DNA of 64,000 nucleotides from Octopus vulgaris (GCA_951406725.2 OX597816.1:67766001-67830000); one strand, 5' to 3'. Positions 28,824-43,076 are shown, numbered from the stretch's first letter. The notes: a model not told the origin generated them from the sequence alone. A program made the numbers and translations.

Positions 28824-28865
<42 letters not shown>

Positions 28866-28893
28866 CATATATACATACATATATGTACATACT

Positions 28894-28945
<52 letters not shown>

Positions 28946-29442
28946 TACACGCATATATGGAAACAGGACGTCACAAACATGAAATGCAAACATGAAATAC
29001 GAAAACATGAAATCCGATATACGAAGACAGACTTCTTTTGCTAACAACGAAAGAAACAAATGGAAAACAAGATAAGGAACATAAACAACGACCCTTCATC
29101 AGTTGTCGGTTGTTTATCTACTCCACATTTCGAGCAATTCACAACAATATGTGCTTTCTAGAAAACAGTTGCTCCTGCAAACCAAATTATAGAATTTGGG
29201 ATTTTGCGCAGGGTCAAAGTTAGTAGCATAAACAGGATAGTGAAAGAAATAGTGAGGGCTGCTAAACCAGACGGGATCAGCAAAAGAAACCGATAGAATA
29301 TGTACTAGGCTTACAAATAATAAGTCCTGTGGTCGATTTATTCAACTAAAGGTGGTGCTCCAGTATGGCCATAATGAAATGACTGAAACAAGTAAAAGAA
29401 TAAAATAATATATATACATGCTCGCGCGCGCGTATATATATA

Positions 29443-29538
<96 letters not shown>

Positions 29539-29629
29539 ATACATACATAATACATACATATATATGTGTGTGAGTATATGTTTATACATACATACATACA
29601 TACATACATACATACATACATACATACAT

Positions 29630-29683
<54 letters not shown>

Positions 29684-30075
29684 CGGCACTCCGTCGGTTA
29701 CGACGACGAGGATTCTACTTAATTCGATCAACGGAACAGCCTGCTCGTGAAGTTAACGTGGAAGTGGCTGAGCACACCACAGACACGTGCACCCTTAACG
29801 TAGTTCTCGGGAAGATTCAGCGTGACACAGAGTGAAACAAGGCTGGCCCATTGAAATACAGTACAACAGAAACGGGAAGAAAGAGTGAGAGAAAGCTGTG
29901 GTGAATGAGTACAGGCAAGGTTAGCCACCACTCCCTGCCGGGGCCTCGTGGAACTTCGGGTGTTTTCGCTCAATAAACACGCACGACACCCGGTCTGGGA
30001 ATCGAAACCGCTATCCTATGATCACGAGTCCGCTGTCCTAACCACGAGGCCATTGCGCCTCCACACACACACACG

Positions 30076-30142
<67 letters not shown>

Positions 30143-30380
30143 TCTTACTTGCATTTTGGCAGTAAACCGGATACTTCAGTCATCACCACCAGAAATGAGA
30201 TGAGAATCACGCTGATTAATGACCATATCTGCTACTGTATGAAGGCATCAAGTATGTTCTCTTTATCCCTGTAACTCCCCTCCCATCCCTGTTGCAGTGT
30301 ATTTACAGCTCCAAACGATGAATGTAAATGGGGAAATTACGGATCATTTCACCAAATATAAGAAAAAGAGAAAAAACATT

Positions 30381-30778
30381 AGGAGTGGCTGTGTGGTAAG
30401 TAGCTTGCTTACCAACCACATGGTTCCAGGTTCATTCCCACTGCGTGGCACCTTGGGCAAGTGTCTTCTACTATAGCCTCTGGCCGACCAAAGCCTTGTG
30501 AGTGGATTTGGTAGACGGAAACTGAAAGAAGCCTGTCCTATATATGTACATATGTGTGTTTGTGTGTATATGTTTGTGTGTCTGTGTTTGTCCCACCAGC
30601 ATCGCTTGACAACCGATGCTGGTGTGTTTATGTCCCCGTAACTTAGCGGCTCGGCAAAAGAGACCGATAGAATAAGTACTAGGCTTACAAAGAATATTTC
30701 CTGGGATCGATTTGCTCGACTAAAAAGGCGGTGCTCCAGCATGGCCACAGTCAAATTACTGAAACAAGTAAAAGAGTA
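30381..30778 (+). mobile_element. tRNA-derived CORE-type SINE, family B
   Basis: Head GGAGTGGCTGTGTGGTAAG, CORE-like CCTTGGGCAAGTGTCTT, internal microsatellite and LINE-like tail GGCGGTGCTCCAGCATGGCC. Copies at 37404-37820, 41138-41556, 55818-56202(-), 43315-43520(-), 7995-8180(-) and many fragments. Confidence 0.88.
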
Positions 30779-31531
30779 ACGAGTAAGAGTAAGCATTTTG
30801 TTGAATTATTCTTTTCGTTTAACATGCTTTGTGTATTATATATACATGCAGAAAAGCACTACCAGAATCTACGACCACATAGGATTAGAATGAGAGTGTT
30901 GATTAAGTATTAAACTGCGCCCCCCCACCCCGCTTATAACCTTGATTGCCTGCCCGAGTGTGGGGTGTGGTCTTTAACTAAGTATAGATGCTGTAAAGCT
31001 GGAAAACAGATCTGTAGGGTGCACTATGTTGCCTGGCCAACAATCTGTTTGGAATAGGTTTGCCTTCATAAGAACTGATTTGAGGTTACGGAATAGGGAC
31101 ACCATGCGACCAATACCATGCAACCAACACATCAAAGCCATCACCTACAACAATAATAGCAACAGCAACAACGACAGCGACAACAATAATACTAACAACA
31201 CTATCACCAGCAATATTAAGGAAATCAACTGCACCGCCGACAACAAAAACACATAAAAAAACACCAACAATACCACTAACGTCGACAACAGTATGACGAA
31301 CAGCATTGCCAAACAACACTGCCCAAGCCCCCCCCCCCTATAAGGCGCCTTATAGGCGGGGTGTAGGGCAGTGATTTGTTTGCCAGCGCTTGTTTTGGCT
31401 GGAATAGGCGATGGTTTAGAATAGAAAAGAATACCAGTGACTGTACCGCATCACTGGCGCTAGAGGTGCCCTGTCTAATTTTTACTTCTCAAACCTGCAC
31501 CATCGAAAAACCGCTTGTGGCTTACCAGTGT

Positions 31532-31599
31532 TTCGCGTGTGCGCGCATCTCACAAGCGATTTTTCGATGGCGTTGATTTCGTGACGTCATAATCTTCAT

Positions 31600-31632
<33 letters not shown>

Positions 31633-31860
31633 TAGTAATATTAGTATAATATGTTAGCATGTAATAAAGACAGAAAGGTAAGTATGTTTAAAAATTAATG
31701 AACGTGAAAGTTCATTAATGGAATTTATTGCCTCGTATAAAAATACAGTAGCTATAATGAAACAAAAAACGGGAGAGGGAGGGGGTAAGTTAATGTTCAT
31801 GTTGCGGACGCGCGACCTGCACCAGTGAAAAACCGCTTGTGAGATGCGCGCACACGCGAA
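31532..31860. mobile_element. MITE with about 33-bp TIRs and 10-bp TSD (Mutator/MULE-like)
   Basis: TIR TTCGCGTGTGCGCGCATCTCACAAGCG.TTTTTC. TTACCAGTGT flanks both sides (31522-31531, 31861-31870). Confidence 0.85.
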
Positions 31861-32813
31861 TTACCAGTGTCAATGGAGGGGGAGCAAGCGCAGGCTCTGC
31901 GTAGTTACCAGAAATAATCAAGAAAAAAGTCAGTGTTCATATAGAAAATGTCATAGAAGAAAACCTCTTTACGGAAGTCAAACTTTTTGTAGCCTTCTTC
32001 AACAACACTGAAAGCACCACAACAACAACTTCCGCCTCCCAACGACAACAGCGTGGAGTCGCAATGGCCCAGTGGTTAGGGCAGCGGACTCGCGGTCGTA
32101 AGAACACGGTTTCGATTCCCAGACCGGGTATTTTGAGTGTTTATTGAGCAAAATCACCTAAGCTCCACGAGGCTCCAGCGGAGGTGGGGTGGGTGAACCC
32201 CCGCTGTACTCTTTCACCACAACTTTCTCTCACTCTTTCTTCCTACTTCTTCCACAAAACAGAGGAACCATGGTGTAACCCACTATGGTGTGGTAAACTT
32301 TCAGACCCTAGTCTAGATTGCGAATCCTCTGTACCCCAGGATGGTTCAGCTCTCCACCCGTTAAAAAAGCCACCGTTTACGGAATGAGGATAACAACGTA
32401 GCTTTCGCGCCCGTGCAACCGCCAGTCTATCGCGTGTGGTGGGTGGATCTTCAAGTTGCCACACGCATTCTTAGTAGGTTAGAGTAGGCTCGAATTTGAG
32501 ATTATTCTTTGTGGCTAATGGCGTGAGTCCTTACTGGAAGTAGATGACAACAACGCCACTAACACACTCAATACCACCAAGAACACCCCCACCATTACTA
32601 CCACAACCACCACCAACGACAACAACTCCAACATCAATACCAACACCGACAACATCCAGTCCAATGGGTACGACAACCTCAACAAAGTGAGATGTTGTTA
32701 GAAGTAACAGTGGAATAGTGGGAAGTGACTGTAATAATAATAAGGATAACTGTAATAATAATAAGAGTTTAATTATGAGAGAGTGTGAGCAGGTGCACTC
32801 ACTTGAAAATTCA

Positions 32814-34940
32814 AGTCGTGAATCAAGGAAGCCATAATTTGTTGTTGTGGATCAGCACAGTTGAAGTTACACCGTTTACTGGATTTGAAACGATGGCATT
32901 CGACTTCTACCAACAACGTTTCAACTGTTGAGGATATTTCTCCTCCAACTTCCCTTCGTCAATTACGCCACTTCCTTGGCTTATCGCTGCTTCATTATTC
33001 ACTGCACTGGACTCCTGCCTCCACTCACCAAGCTTCTCCAGATCCGCCGCATGAGACACGCGAATTGTTAGCGATTTATTTGTCCGTGAAGCATTTCCAG
33101 CACATCCTCGAAGGAAGGAACTTTACCATCTATACAGATCATAAGCCTCTTACTTTTGCCTTGCAGTCCAGGACTGAGAAATATTCACCGAGTGAGACTA
33201 GACACCTGGACTTTATATCGCAATTCACCAGCGACATTTAACACATCTCCGGAGCTCAGAACACTGCTGCAGATGCTTTGACCCATCTGCCGATCACTTC
33301 ATTGTCAGCTATTCCTGAGATTGACCTGACTGTTCGTCCTCAAACCAACCTCCTCTGGACTCACTTGACACATCTGCTTCTGAGTTCGTGACTTGCAAAT
33401 TCAAGTACCTGCCTTTACCAACTGCAAACATGCAGATACTGTGTGGCGTGTCAACGGATTCGCCTCGTCTGTATTCGAAGCTTTGCAGTCTTCCGCACCC
33501 TGGAGCCTCATAGCTGTTAGATTCATCTGGCCAAATATGAGGCACGACATTACTGAATGGACCCCATCTTTCTTCCAGTGCTAGAAGTCAAAGATACTTA
33601 AGCAGATCCGTGCACCACTCGGCACCTTCAGTACATCTGATGTACATTTTTGCCACATTCATATCGATCTCGTGGGATCCTGGCCTGTCAGTCAAGGATT
33701 TACGTACACCCTGACTTGCATTTACCTGTTCACTCGCTGACCTGAAGCCATTCCTTTAATTGGTATCTCTACTGAATTTGTAGCGCGAGCCCTGGTATCA
33801 GGACGGATATCACGTTACGATGTCCCTACCACTATTACGACAGACCGTGGTAGACAATTCGAATCTCACCTTTTTTTTTTCAGAACTCACAAAAATCATC
33901 GATGCTCAACGGATCTATACTACGAGTTATCATCCTGCATCTAAAGGTTTCCCATATTACTCCTCGGTATTCGGACTGCATTCGAGGAGGATCTCGGATA
34001 CTCACCAGCCGAACTGCTGTATGGTGCTCCGTTGTCTTTGCCGGGGCAGATGCTCGTCCCGGTCGACCTGTCTATTCAGGATCCGGCACATTACATGAAC
34101 CGCCTTCGTTCATATTTTCAGGGCCTACCACCAATGAACACTCGACATCAAACTGTGAAACCTGCAGTCCAGAGGGACATTGCCTCGTGGACCCACCTTT
34201 CTGTCAGAAACGACGCCTTGAGAAGTCCTCTTACCCCATTTTATACAGGACCTTATCGCGTGCTTGCATGCACCGACAAACATTTCACAATTGACCATAA
34301 TGGTTCTAGCGACACTGTCCTACACAGATGTTGATAATCCGGAGCCACATACACCCCGCACACATATACATCCCCTACACATACTTCTCCACAAACAGCT
34401 CCCCCACCTTCACCAAGACACGTTACGACAACTCGCAGCGGTCGTCGTGTCCGTTATTCGTTTTATTGTTCATATCAACTGACAGTCTGAGGTGGAGTAA
34501 TGTAGTGAGTCAAGGAAGCCATAATTTGTTGTCGCGGATTATCACTGTTGTTCTTTGGCAATTGTAGCCAGTCAGACCCAGTCGTGTACCTATAAAAGCA
34601 GCAGTCATCAAGTCAGTAGGAGCGCGCCTTTTTGCAGTCAGTCAGCAGAAGACCTCGGCTCCACAACCGTCAGCGACAGATGTTGACATTTCACTCCAGC
34701 CTTCGTACCGCCGGCTATTCTCTATTTGTATTTCTTACATCCTTAGCACCGCGCACCTCTAACCTATTTGTTCAATTGTAAGTTTCAAGGCTTTCCTCTC
34801 TCTCCTACATATATTAGCTCACTTTGTTCATCACTTGTCAACAATCCAAATAAAATTACTATGCTCCGTTAACAAACATGACTTCTGATATTTTATGTCT
34901 ACATACACTTCATTCCGCGTTATGCTGTGACGTTGTTACA
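32814..34940 (+). mobile_element. Decayed, internally deleted Gypsy/Ty3 LTR retrotransposon
   Basis: RNase H (RELLAIYLSVKHF...YTDHKPL) precedes integrase (HIDLVG, PEAIPL, ITTDRGRQFES). Purine tract GAGGTGGAG precedes a 3' LTR at 34501-34940 (TGTAG...TTACA). A 5' LTR stub remains at 32814-32862. Confidence 0.9.
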
Positions 34941-35149
34941 TTCGAACACGTTGCATCCAACATCGTACCAAGGACGACAACATCAGCAAAGTGAAATGTT
35001 GTTAGAAGTAATAGTGGGGGAAATGACTGTAATAGCAACAGCAAGGATAACAGGGCGAGTTTAATTATGAGAGAGTGCAAAAGTCAGTATGTGGGACATA
35101 TTGTAGATATGGAAAATATCAGTGGGTTAATGGAAAGATGAGAGTGAAA

Positions 35150-35183
<34 letters not shown>

Positions 35184-35360
35184 GACTGTATTGGCGGAGA
35201 ACGTTTTGCCATTAATGTGGTTATATACGTGTGTTTTCATGCAAGTACGAGTTTATGTCTGTATGCGAAGTGGCAAAGATAGACAAATAGATAGATGGAT
35301 AGACAGACAAAGAGAGAGAGAAAGACAGAGAGAAGAAGAGAGAGAGAGAGAGAAAGAAGA

Positions 35361-35772
35361 CGGCGAGCTGGCAGAAACGTTAGCGCGCCGGGCGAAATGC
35401 TTAGCGGTATTTCGTCTGCCGCTACGTTCTGAGTTCAAATTCCACCGAGGTCGACTTTGCCTTTCATCCTTTCGGGGTCGATTAAGTAAGTACCAGTTAC
35501 GCACTGGGGTCGATATAATCGACTTAATCCGTTCGTCTGTCCTTGTTTGTCCTCTCTGTGTTTAGCTCCTTGTGGGTAGTAAAGAAATAGGTATTTCGTC
35601 CACCGTTACGTTCTGAGTTCAAATTCCGCCGAGGTCGACTTTGCCTTTCATCCCTTCGGGGTCGATAAATTAAGGACCAGTTACGCACTTGGGTCGATGT
35701 AATCGACTTAATCCGTTTGTCTGTCCTTGTTTGTCTCCTCTATGTTTAGCCCCTTGTGGGCAATAAAGGAAT
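35361..35772 (+). mobile_element. SINE family A tandem dimer
   Basis: A full unit is followed by a headless second unit joined at AAAGAAATAG|GTATTTCGTC. Confidence 0.85.
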
Positions 35773-36326
35773 AAGAGAGAGAGAAGCAGATAGTTAGAAA
35801 CAGCAAATGTGTTCGCATGTACCTTTTGGTTAGACAGACACGAATACATGCTTGTTGGTGTATATGTGCGTGTGTACGTATGCTTACGTGTAGTGTGCCT
35901 TTCAGAAAAGGAATACCACTCCCGAAACATGCATTTGGAAACACAAAGAATTTTAGTAATATTTATTGAGAAAGAAGTTCAAAATTAGAAATCGTCGAAG
36001 AGAAAATCACAGAAGTGCGACATTTTAAAATAAATTTTTGAAATAAACTATATATTTAATAGCTATTATTGTCTTATAAGTGATGTTAATCAATAGAGCA
36101 GTTACAAATTTCTAATCTTATGTTTTTAATGTATAGATAGTTAGATAGTTTATATATTTGATTGTTTAAGCGGTTATTTGTCCCTACAAGGTGCGGAATA
36201 CTCCTCATCTATCCCTCACTTGGTTATTACCGACTCTTCAGCTTAATTTTCTTAGGGTTCTGTTGCTGGATCGCTTAGTTATGTGGACGTAAACGCATCA
36301 AAACTGGCTGGGAGAAACACACTCAC

Positions 36327-36436
<110 letters not shown>

Positions 36437-36594
36437 GAGCTTCTTTCAGTTTCCGTCTGCCAAATATTCACTTACAAGCCTTTGGTCGGCCCGAGGCTAT
36501 GGTAGAAGACACTTGCCCAAGGTATCACACAGTCGGAGTGAACCAGGAACCATGTAGTTGTGAAGCAAACTTACCACACACACACACACTTGGC

Positions 36595-36995
36595 AGACAC
36601 TCATAAAATTATCAACCATCTTACAAATAATAACTCTGAGCACCTTTTCAAACTCCACTTGTCTAACACCCGTGAACATGTTTACAAAGTCAGAAAACAG
36701 CACAGCTCCCATGACTTTCAGAAACATTTTTTCACACTAAGAGTTGCTGAAGCATGGAACAAACTGCCGGCATCCGTTGTTAGTTGTTGGAGCACTGCAT
36801 CCTTCAAAACTTCCATGCTTCCTGAGATTCGCCAACACTACACCTGATTTTCTCCCCTCCATACACACGCAAGCATGTATCTGACTCATACACAGTTCGC
36901 TTTCCAGACATTTTTACATTACTGCATATACTTTATACGCACTTTTGACAAGTTGTGGTGCACCTGAGCGCTGTATACAATAATTTCATTATTAT
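36595..36995 (+). mobile_element. CR1-type LINE 3' fragment
   Basis: NTREH.YK...HFFTLRVAEAWNKLPASVV...SFK C-terminal motif, then a 3' UTR and a short (ATT)n tail. Confidence 0.8.
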
Positions 36996-37569
36996 CATAT
37001 AATTATTGTAACCCAATTTAGCAACCTGGAAACTAGAAATGGTCTATGTCTGTAAATAGTAAGTATAAAAAGTTCACAAAGTGGAATAAATTAGTTTATC
37101 ACTGGGAAGTGAAGGCATCTGAATATTTCATGCAAGTTATGGAATATATACTAAATAAGGTTTATAGAGGTACAGAAAAGGTTCGACTTACAGACAAGCA
37201 GACACAGAAATTCCATTGCTCTGTTGAATAAACTTTATCTGCGAAAAATGGATAGCTTGAACGAAAGATTTAACAAAGCTACTGACCGAAAAACGCTTCT
37301 ACTATGTAGCAATTTTAACCAGGGGCCTCTTAGCTGTATTTTCGGACGGCGGGCAAATCAGTGCACTGGGCCCTATAGTATTTATTTATAGATAGCAAGC
37401 AATAGGCGCAGGAGTGGCTGTGTGGTAAGTAGCTTGCTTACCAACCACATGGTTCCGGGTTCAGTCCCACTGCGTGGCATCTTGGGCAAGTGTCTTCTGC
37501 TATAGCCCCGGGCCGACCAATGCCTTGTGAGTGGATTTAGTAGACCGAAACTCAAAGAAGCCTGTCGTA

Positions 37570-37616
<47 letters not shown>

Positions 37617-38722
37617 ATATGTTTGTGTGTCTGTGTTTGTCCCTCTAGCATTGCTTGACAACCGATGCTGGTGTGTTTATGTCCCCGTAACTTAGCGGTT
37701 CGGCAAAAATAGACCGATAGAATAAGTACTGGGTTTACAAAGAATAAGTCCCGGGGTCGATCTGCTCGACTAAAGGCGGTGCTCCAGCATGGCCACAGTC
37801 AAATGACTGAAACAAGTAAAAAAGAAAGAAAAGAAAAAGAATAGCATACATAGATCATAACTGGGCCCCTAGACTCATAAAACCTCCGGTCAACTGACCA
37901 ATATGACCACGATTTTTTCTTTTTGCGAATTTGGCAAAAAATGCCGCTTAGATGCACTACAAATCCGTCATATATAAATAGCTTCCACCTAAGTATTTAA
38001 AAAAATCCAATATAATTAAATCGAATAAGAATTGGCATTTAAGCTTATTTATAAAATAATTAAACTTTACAAATGTTTCCAATAACATTCTTTTTTTGAA
38101 AAAATTAGCTTTGATTTGCTCATATAAAATGGTTCCTAACTTGGCTAATTGTGATAAATCGTTAATTAAATATAACTAAATATAATTATACAAAAATTAT
38201 ATAATAAATTAAAAACATTTCTGAGATTTTAACAGAAGGTTTGAGAATGTGAAGCCCTAGGCTGTAGTTTGTTTCGCTAATACCTTATTCCAATCCCAGT
38301 ATGTCTAGTGTTCATACAGTGATTTGTTATAAGCTGGAGAGAAAGAATAGATCACGTGTTAAGGACATCTCTACAGATTTTCCGCAGAAATTATTGCCAG
38401 CAGTGATTTTTGTTACAAGTCATTAATAAGAAAGAGCAGAATAAACTCGTTGGCTGAAAATTTCTCTGATAGGCATAATAACTTTAGCAATAAAATTCGT
38501 GAGCTTGTGTAGATCTGTAGATCCGATAAGTCGTTTGTCGGAGAAAGAAAGAGAGAGAGAGGAGTGGGAGAAAGAGGGCGTGGGAGAGAGAGGGGGAGTG
38601 GAGAGAGGGAGACCGAACCAGAAAGAGATGCTTTTCTTTTTTTTTCTTTTTACCTCACACGAAGAGTCTGCCCTGAAACGCTAGATGCCTTTTCTTCCAC
38701 GGCATATAAAATTATTCATCCT

Positions 38723-39144
38723 AAGACAGAGAGCTGGCAGAAACGTTAGCACGCCGGGCGAAATGCGTAGCTGTATTTCGTCCACCGTTACGTTCTGAGT
38801 TCAAATTCCGCCGAGTTCTGAGTTCAAATTGCCTTTCATCCTTTCGGGGTCGATAAATTAAGTACCAGTTACGCACTGGGGTCGATTTAATCGACTTAAT
38901 CCGTTTGTCGGTCCTTTTTTGTCCCCTCTGTGTTTAGCCCCTTGTGGGTAGTAAAGAAATAGGTATTTCGTCTGGCGCTACGTTCTGAGTTCAAATTCCG
39001 CCGAGGTCGACTTTGCCTTTCATCCTTTCGGGGTTGATTAAATAAGTACCAGTTACACACTGGGGTCGATATAATCGACTTAATCCGTTTGGCTGTCTTT
39101 GTTTGTCGCTCTGTGTTTAGCCCCTTGTGGGTAGTAAAGAAATA
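38723..39144 (+). mobile_element. SINE family A tandem dimer with 22-bp TSD
   Basis: Same dimer junction as the 35361 copy. GGCATAT(A/G)AAATTATTCATCCT at 38701-38722 and 39145-39166. Confidence 0.88.
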
Positions 39145-40649
39145 GGCATATGAAATTATTCATCCTCGCAAATTCCACTGCATAACGAATACCGGTCACC
39201 ATTTCCTCGGACAATGTTTTTACTTTTCATTTTTATTTTACACTTATTATTAGTATACATATCTTATCTTCAGCGAGCCTCGAAAAATAAAGCAATCTGT
39301 CTTCGTTTAGTCAACGAAGCTTGTATTCTATTTCTTTTTTTTCACCACTCTATTCTTATTTAACAATACCAACAAAGGCAAATGTTTTTTTTAATTTTAT
39401 CTATTTATTTATTTTTTAACACAGTCGAAATAATTGCAGTACTTATCATTGGTGAAGAGGAAATATATAGGCCGTTGAAATCAATGTTTATTACATGGTT
39501 GGTAGAGATTTTTGTTGTTGCTCCCTTTTTATCTCAGGTATCAGATACGAACGCTTTTGTTGACCGAATTCCATTCTTATATCAAGTGAGAACATCACTG
39601 CCAAGCAATAGATATTATTAGAGTACACCTTTAAGAAATCAACACAATTTTATTGGCGACAATGGCTTTGTTCGCTGTCATCTGAACGAAATACATTGGC
39701 AATACTAGCAAAGGTTTCCATTATTTTTTTCAGATAGTCTTAAGATAACCTAATTCTCTTGTTACCTTAAATGAGGGACAGATACAAACACATCTTACTA
39801 GTCAGTCCATCTTTTCATTTGGCTCCGTTTCTATTTCATTCAAAACTTCGAAACCAACAAGCTTTATAAATGCAATTTATGGACCTAAGTATGTTCAGAA
39901 TGTACGCAGAGCTCCGCTGTACCACCCACGGTTCATTTCATATATTTATTATCAAAATTTGTTGCTGGTGTTTTTAGGTCCCACGCCACTCTTCGCAACT
40001 GCGTGGTTTCGGATTCGGTCTCACAGCGCGACATCTTGGGAAAATGTTTTCTACTATAGCTCTTCTGGTCCAACCAATACATTATGAGTGAATTTAGTGG
40101 AAGCTGTGTGGAAGCTCGTCATTATGCGTGTGTGTATGTGTGAAGACGCACGGCTCAGTGGTTTGAGCGTCGGGCTCACAAACGCGTGTTGTGTTCTTGA
40201 GCAAGACACTTTATTTCGCGTTGTTCCAGTTTACTCAGCTGTAGAAATGAGTTGCGACGTCACAGATGTCAATCTGTATCGGTCTTTGCCTTTCTCTTGG
40301 ATAACACTGGTGGCATGGAGAGGGGAGGCCGGTATGCATGGGCGACTACTGGTCTTCCATAAACGAGCTTGCCTGGACTTGTACTTTGAAAAGGAACTTT
40401 CTTGGTGCAATCCCATGGTCATTCATGACTGAAGGGGCCCTTACCCTTTATGTATGCATGTATACACACACACACGCAAATATATGTGTGCTTGTTTGTG
40501 CCTGTGCCCCCATCCTACCGCTTAACAACTTTTGTTGGTTTATGTCCACATAAATTAGTAGTTCGGCCTAAGAGAATGATGGAATAAGTGCCAGGCTTAA
40601 AAAATATGTACCGGGGGTTAAACTGTTTGACTAAAATCTTTCAAGGTTA

Positions 40650-41082
40650 CGTCACTAGCCAGCTATTTATGGCAGCTGAAAGACGACGGGATTCCATACA
40701 CAATATGCAGGCCCCTACATAAACGGGATCAAGCGTTCTAAACTATGCATAGCGGAACGGGCGAGGATTCTAAAGGACTCCCTCGATCCGGAGAACATCC
40801 TTAATTTCAGAACGGAGGTCTTCGGACTGTGCTTGTATTTCAGGAAATTCCTGCTGGCCTATTGGAACCCACAAGACAACAGGGTCACTTGCGATCGGTC
40901 GTCAAAGAGAGACAATCTCCTCTTGTTGATATTGAGTAGTAAGGCCCTTTCTTCCTCCATTTTAGAGTTGCCACTCGCTAGAGAGCGAGGCCTTAAGCCA
41001 TTAGGTTTCGGGATCTGATGATACGCCGTAAAGCTAAGCTCTTTATGGACGTGAAACCCAGGGTAGTCCTATAAACCGGCCT
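40650..41082 (+). mobile_element. Penelope-like element 3' fragment (endonuclease C-terminus + pseudo-LTR)
   Basis: AGPYINGIKRSKLCIAERARIL...NILNFRTEVFGLCLYFRKFLL resembles the PLE C-terminal PY...KRCxLC..E..I...LN.R.E...C.H..K.LL motif. A hammerhead motif follows. Confidence 0.7.
41011..41069 (+). ncRNA. Type I hammerhead ribozyme motif (near-canonical)
   Basis: GGAT-CTGATGA-T-ACG CCGTAAAG ctaagct CTTTATGG a CGT-GAAA-CC cag GG-TA-GTCC. One extra nucleotide at the base of stem II. Confidence 0.7.
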
Positions 41083-41302
41083 TATCTAGCTTTATATATA
41101 TATATACACTCAGCCACTCCCCATATATATATATATAGGCGCAGGAGTGACTGTGTGGTAAGTAGCTTGTTTACCAGCCACATGGTTCCGGGTTCAGTCC
41201 TACTGCGTGGCACCTTGGGCAAGTGTCTTCTACTATAGCCTCGGGCCGACCAAAGCCTTGTAGGTGGATTTGGTAGACGGAAACTGAAAGAAGCCCATCG
41301 TA

Positions 41303-41360
<58 letters not shown>

Positions 41361-41556
41361 TGTGTGTGTTTGTCCCCCTAGCATTGCTTGACAACCGATG
41401 CTGGTGTGTTTATGTCCCCGTTACTTAGCGGTTCGGCAAAAGAGTCCGATAGAATAAGTACTGGGCTTACAAAAGAATAAGTCCCGGGGTCGAGTTGCTC
41501 GACTAAAGGCGGTGCTCCAGCATGGCCGCAGTCAAATGACTGAAACAAGTAAAAGA

Positions 41557-41590
<34 letters not shown>

Positions 41591-42022
41591 GACGGGCTTC
41601 TTTCAGTTTCCATCTACCAAATGCATTCACAAGGCTTTGGTCGGCCCGAGGTTATAGCAGAAAACACTTGCCAAAAGTGCCACGCATTGAAACTGAACCC
41701 GGAACCTTGTGATTGGTAAGCAAGCTACTTACCACATCGGCTACTTGTTTCAGTCATTAGACTGCGGCCATGCTGGGGCACGGCCTTGAAGAATTCTTAG
41801 TCGAAAACATCAACCCCAGTACTTGCTTTTGTTTCTTAAAGCCTGGTACTTATTCTATCGGTCACTTTTATCGAACCGCTAGATTATGAGGACGTAAACA
41901 CATCAGTACCGGTTCTCAAGCAGTGGTGAGGGGACAAGTACAGATACAAAGACACACACACGTATATACGATGGGCTTGCTTCAATTTCCGTCTACCAAA
42001 GAGTCTTCTGCTTTGCCTCCGG

Positions 42023-42556
42023 GGCGCGAATTTTTTTCCCACGAGAGTTCCGTTTGCATACAGCCAATCAGAGCTCAACACTCAAACTGATGTATGAGCG
42101 CGTAACAAGTGATGGGGGGGGGGGTAAGATAAGGTCTCTCGCGTAAGGAATGACCATGCTGCGTTTCTCTTTTAACAATGCTTCTTGTTCTTGTTTCAAC
42201 CATGGCTGCCTCTGCGTAGTTATTTGTGTTACTGTTTACTTTGTAAAACCGTAAGGAGAGAGGGTTGCTAGCACGTCACCCTCTACCCACATTTTTCCCT
42301 TCCACATCTTTACCATATGGGGGGGGGCTGACAAAATCCGATAATAGGTATAGATGCAAATCTATCTAATTACTTGTCTCCTTCTAAAACCAGACATAAC
42401 TTGGCGATCGGTCGACTTACACTGTTCTTCGTCTTGAGTTTATTTGGTAGAATGTGTTTGCTAACTTGACAACAAGGTCAAGGTGAGCTCAGATTGGCTG
42501 TATGCAAATGAATTCATTACTATGGTCCGGAATTCTCGTGGGAAAAAAATTTCGCC
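42023..42556. mobile_element. MITE nested in a family B SINE fragment
   Basis: TIR GGCG.GAATTTTTTTTCCCACGAGA.TTCCG plus subterminal inverted TTTGCATACAGCCAATC.GAGCTCA. SINE sequence continues on both sides. Confidence 0.75.
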
Positions 42557-43033
42557 TTCGGGCCAACCAAATCCTAGTGAGTGGATTTGGTCACCGGGAA
42601 CAGAAAAAGACCCGTCGTATACATGTATCTGTGTGTGTGCGCGCGCATGAGCCTGTGTGTATATGTTTGTTCCCTACTGTCACCGAGTTGGTTTGTTTAT
42701 GGCCTCGGCAAAAGACAGGAAAAATAAATACCAGGCTCTAAAGAGGCATAAGTTCTAAGGTCGATTCATTCGACTAAAACTCTTCAATGCGCGCACGCAC
42801 ACGCGCGTGCGCACTTTAACTGACTTCAAAACCAGAGTCCTGCGGCCATTCTGGGGCACCACGCACCATGCGCGCGCCTGCGTAGTTGTTGCTCTATGCT
42901 ATCTTGTTTATTAGTTTACTAGGACATAACGTCCAGATGTTTGAATCGGAGGGGGTGGGGCTTTGCGGAGGAAGTACGTGAGACAAAGGGTAGGTCGGGA
43001 AAAAACGCAAAACAGAAAGAAAGAAGGAAAGAG

Positions 43034-43076
<43 letters not shown>

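Noticed and set aside
29060-29140. CTGATGA on the minus strand near 29095, plus similar partial motifs at 36235(-) and 38661
   Set aside because: No properly closed stem II-GAAA-stem III arrangement could be built.
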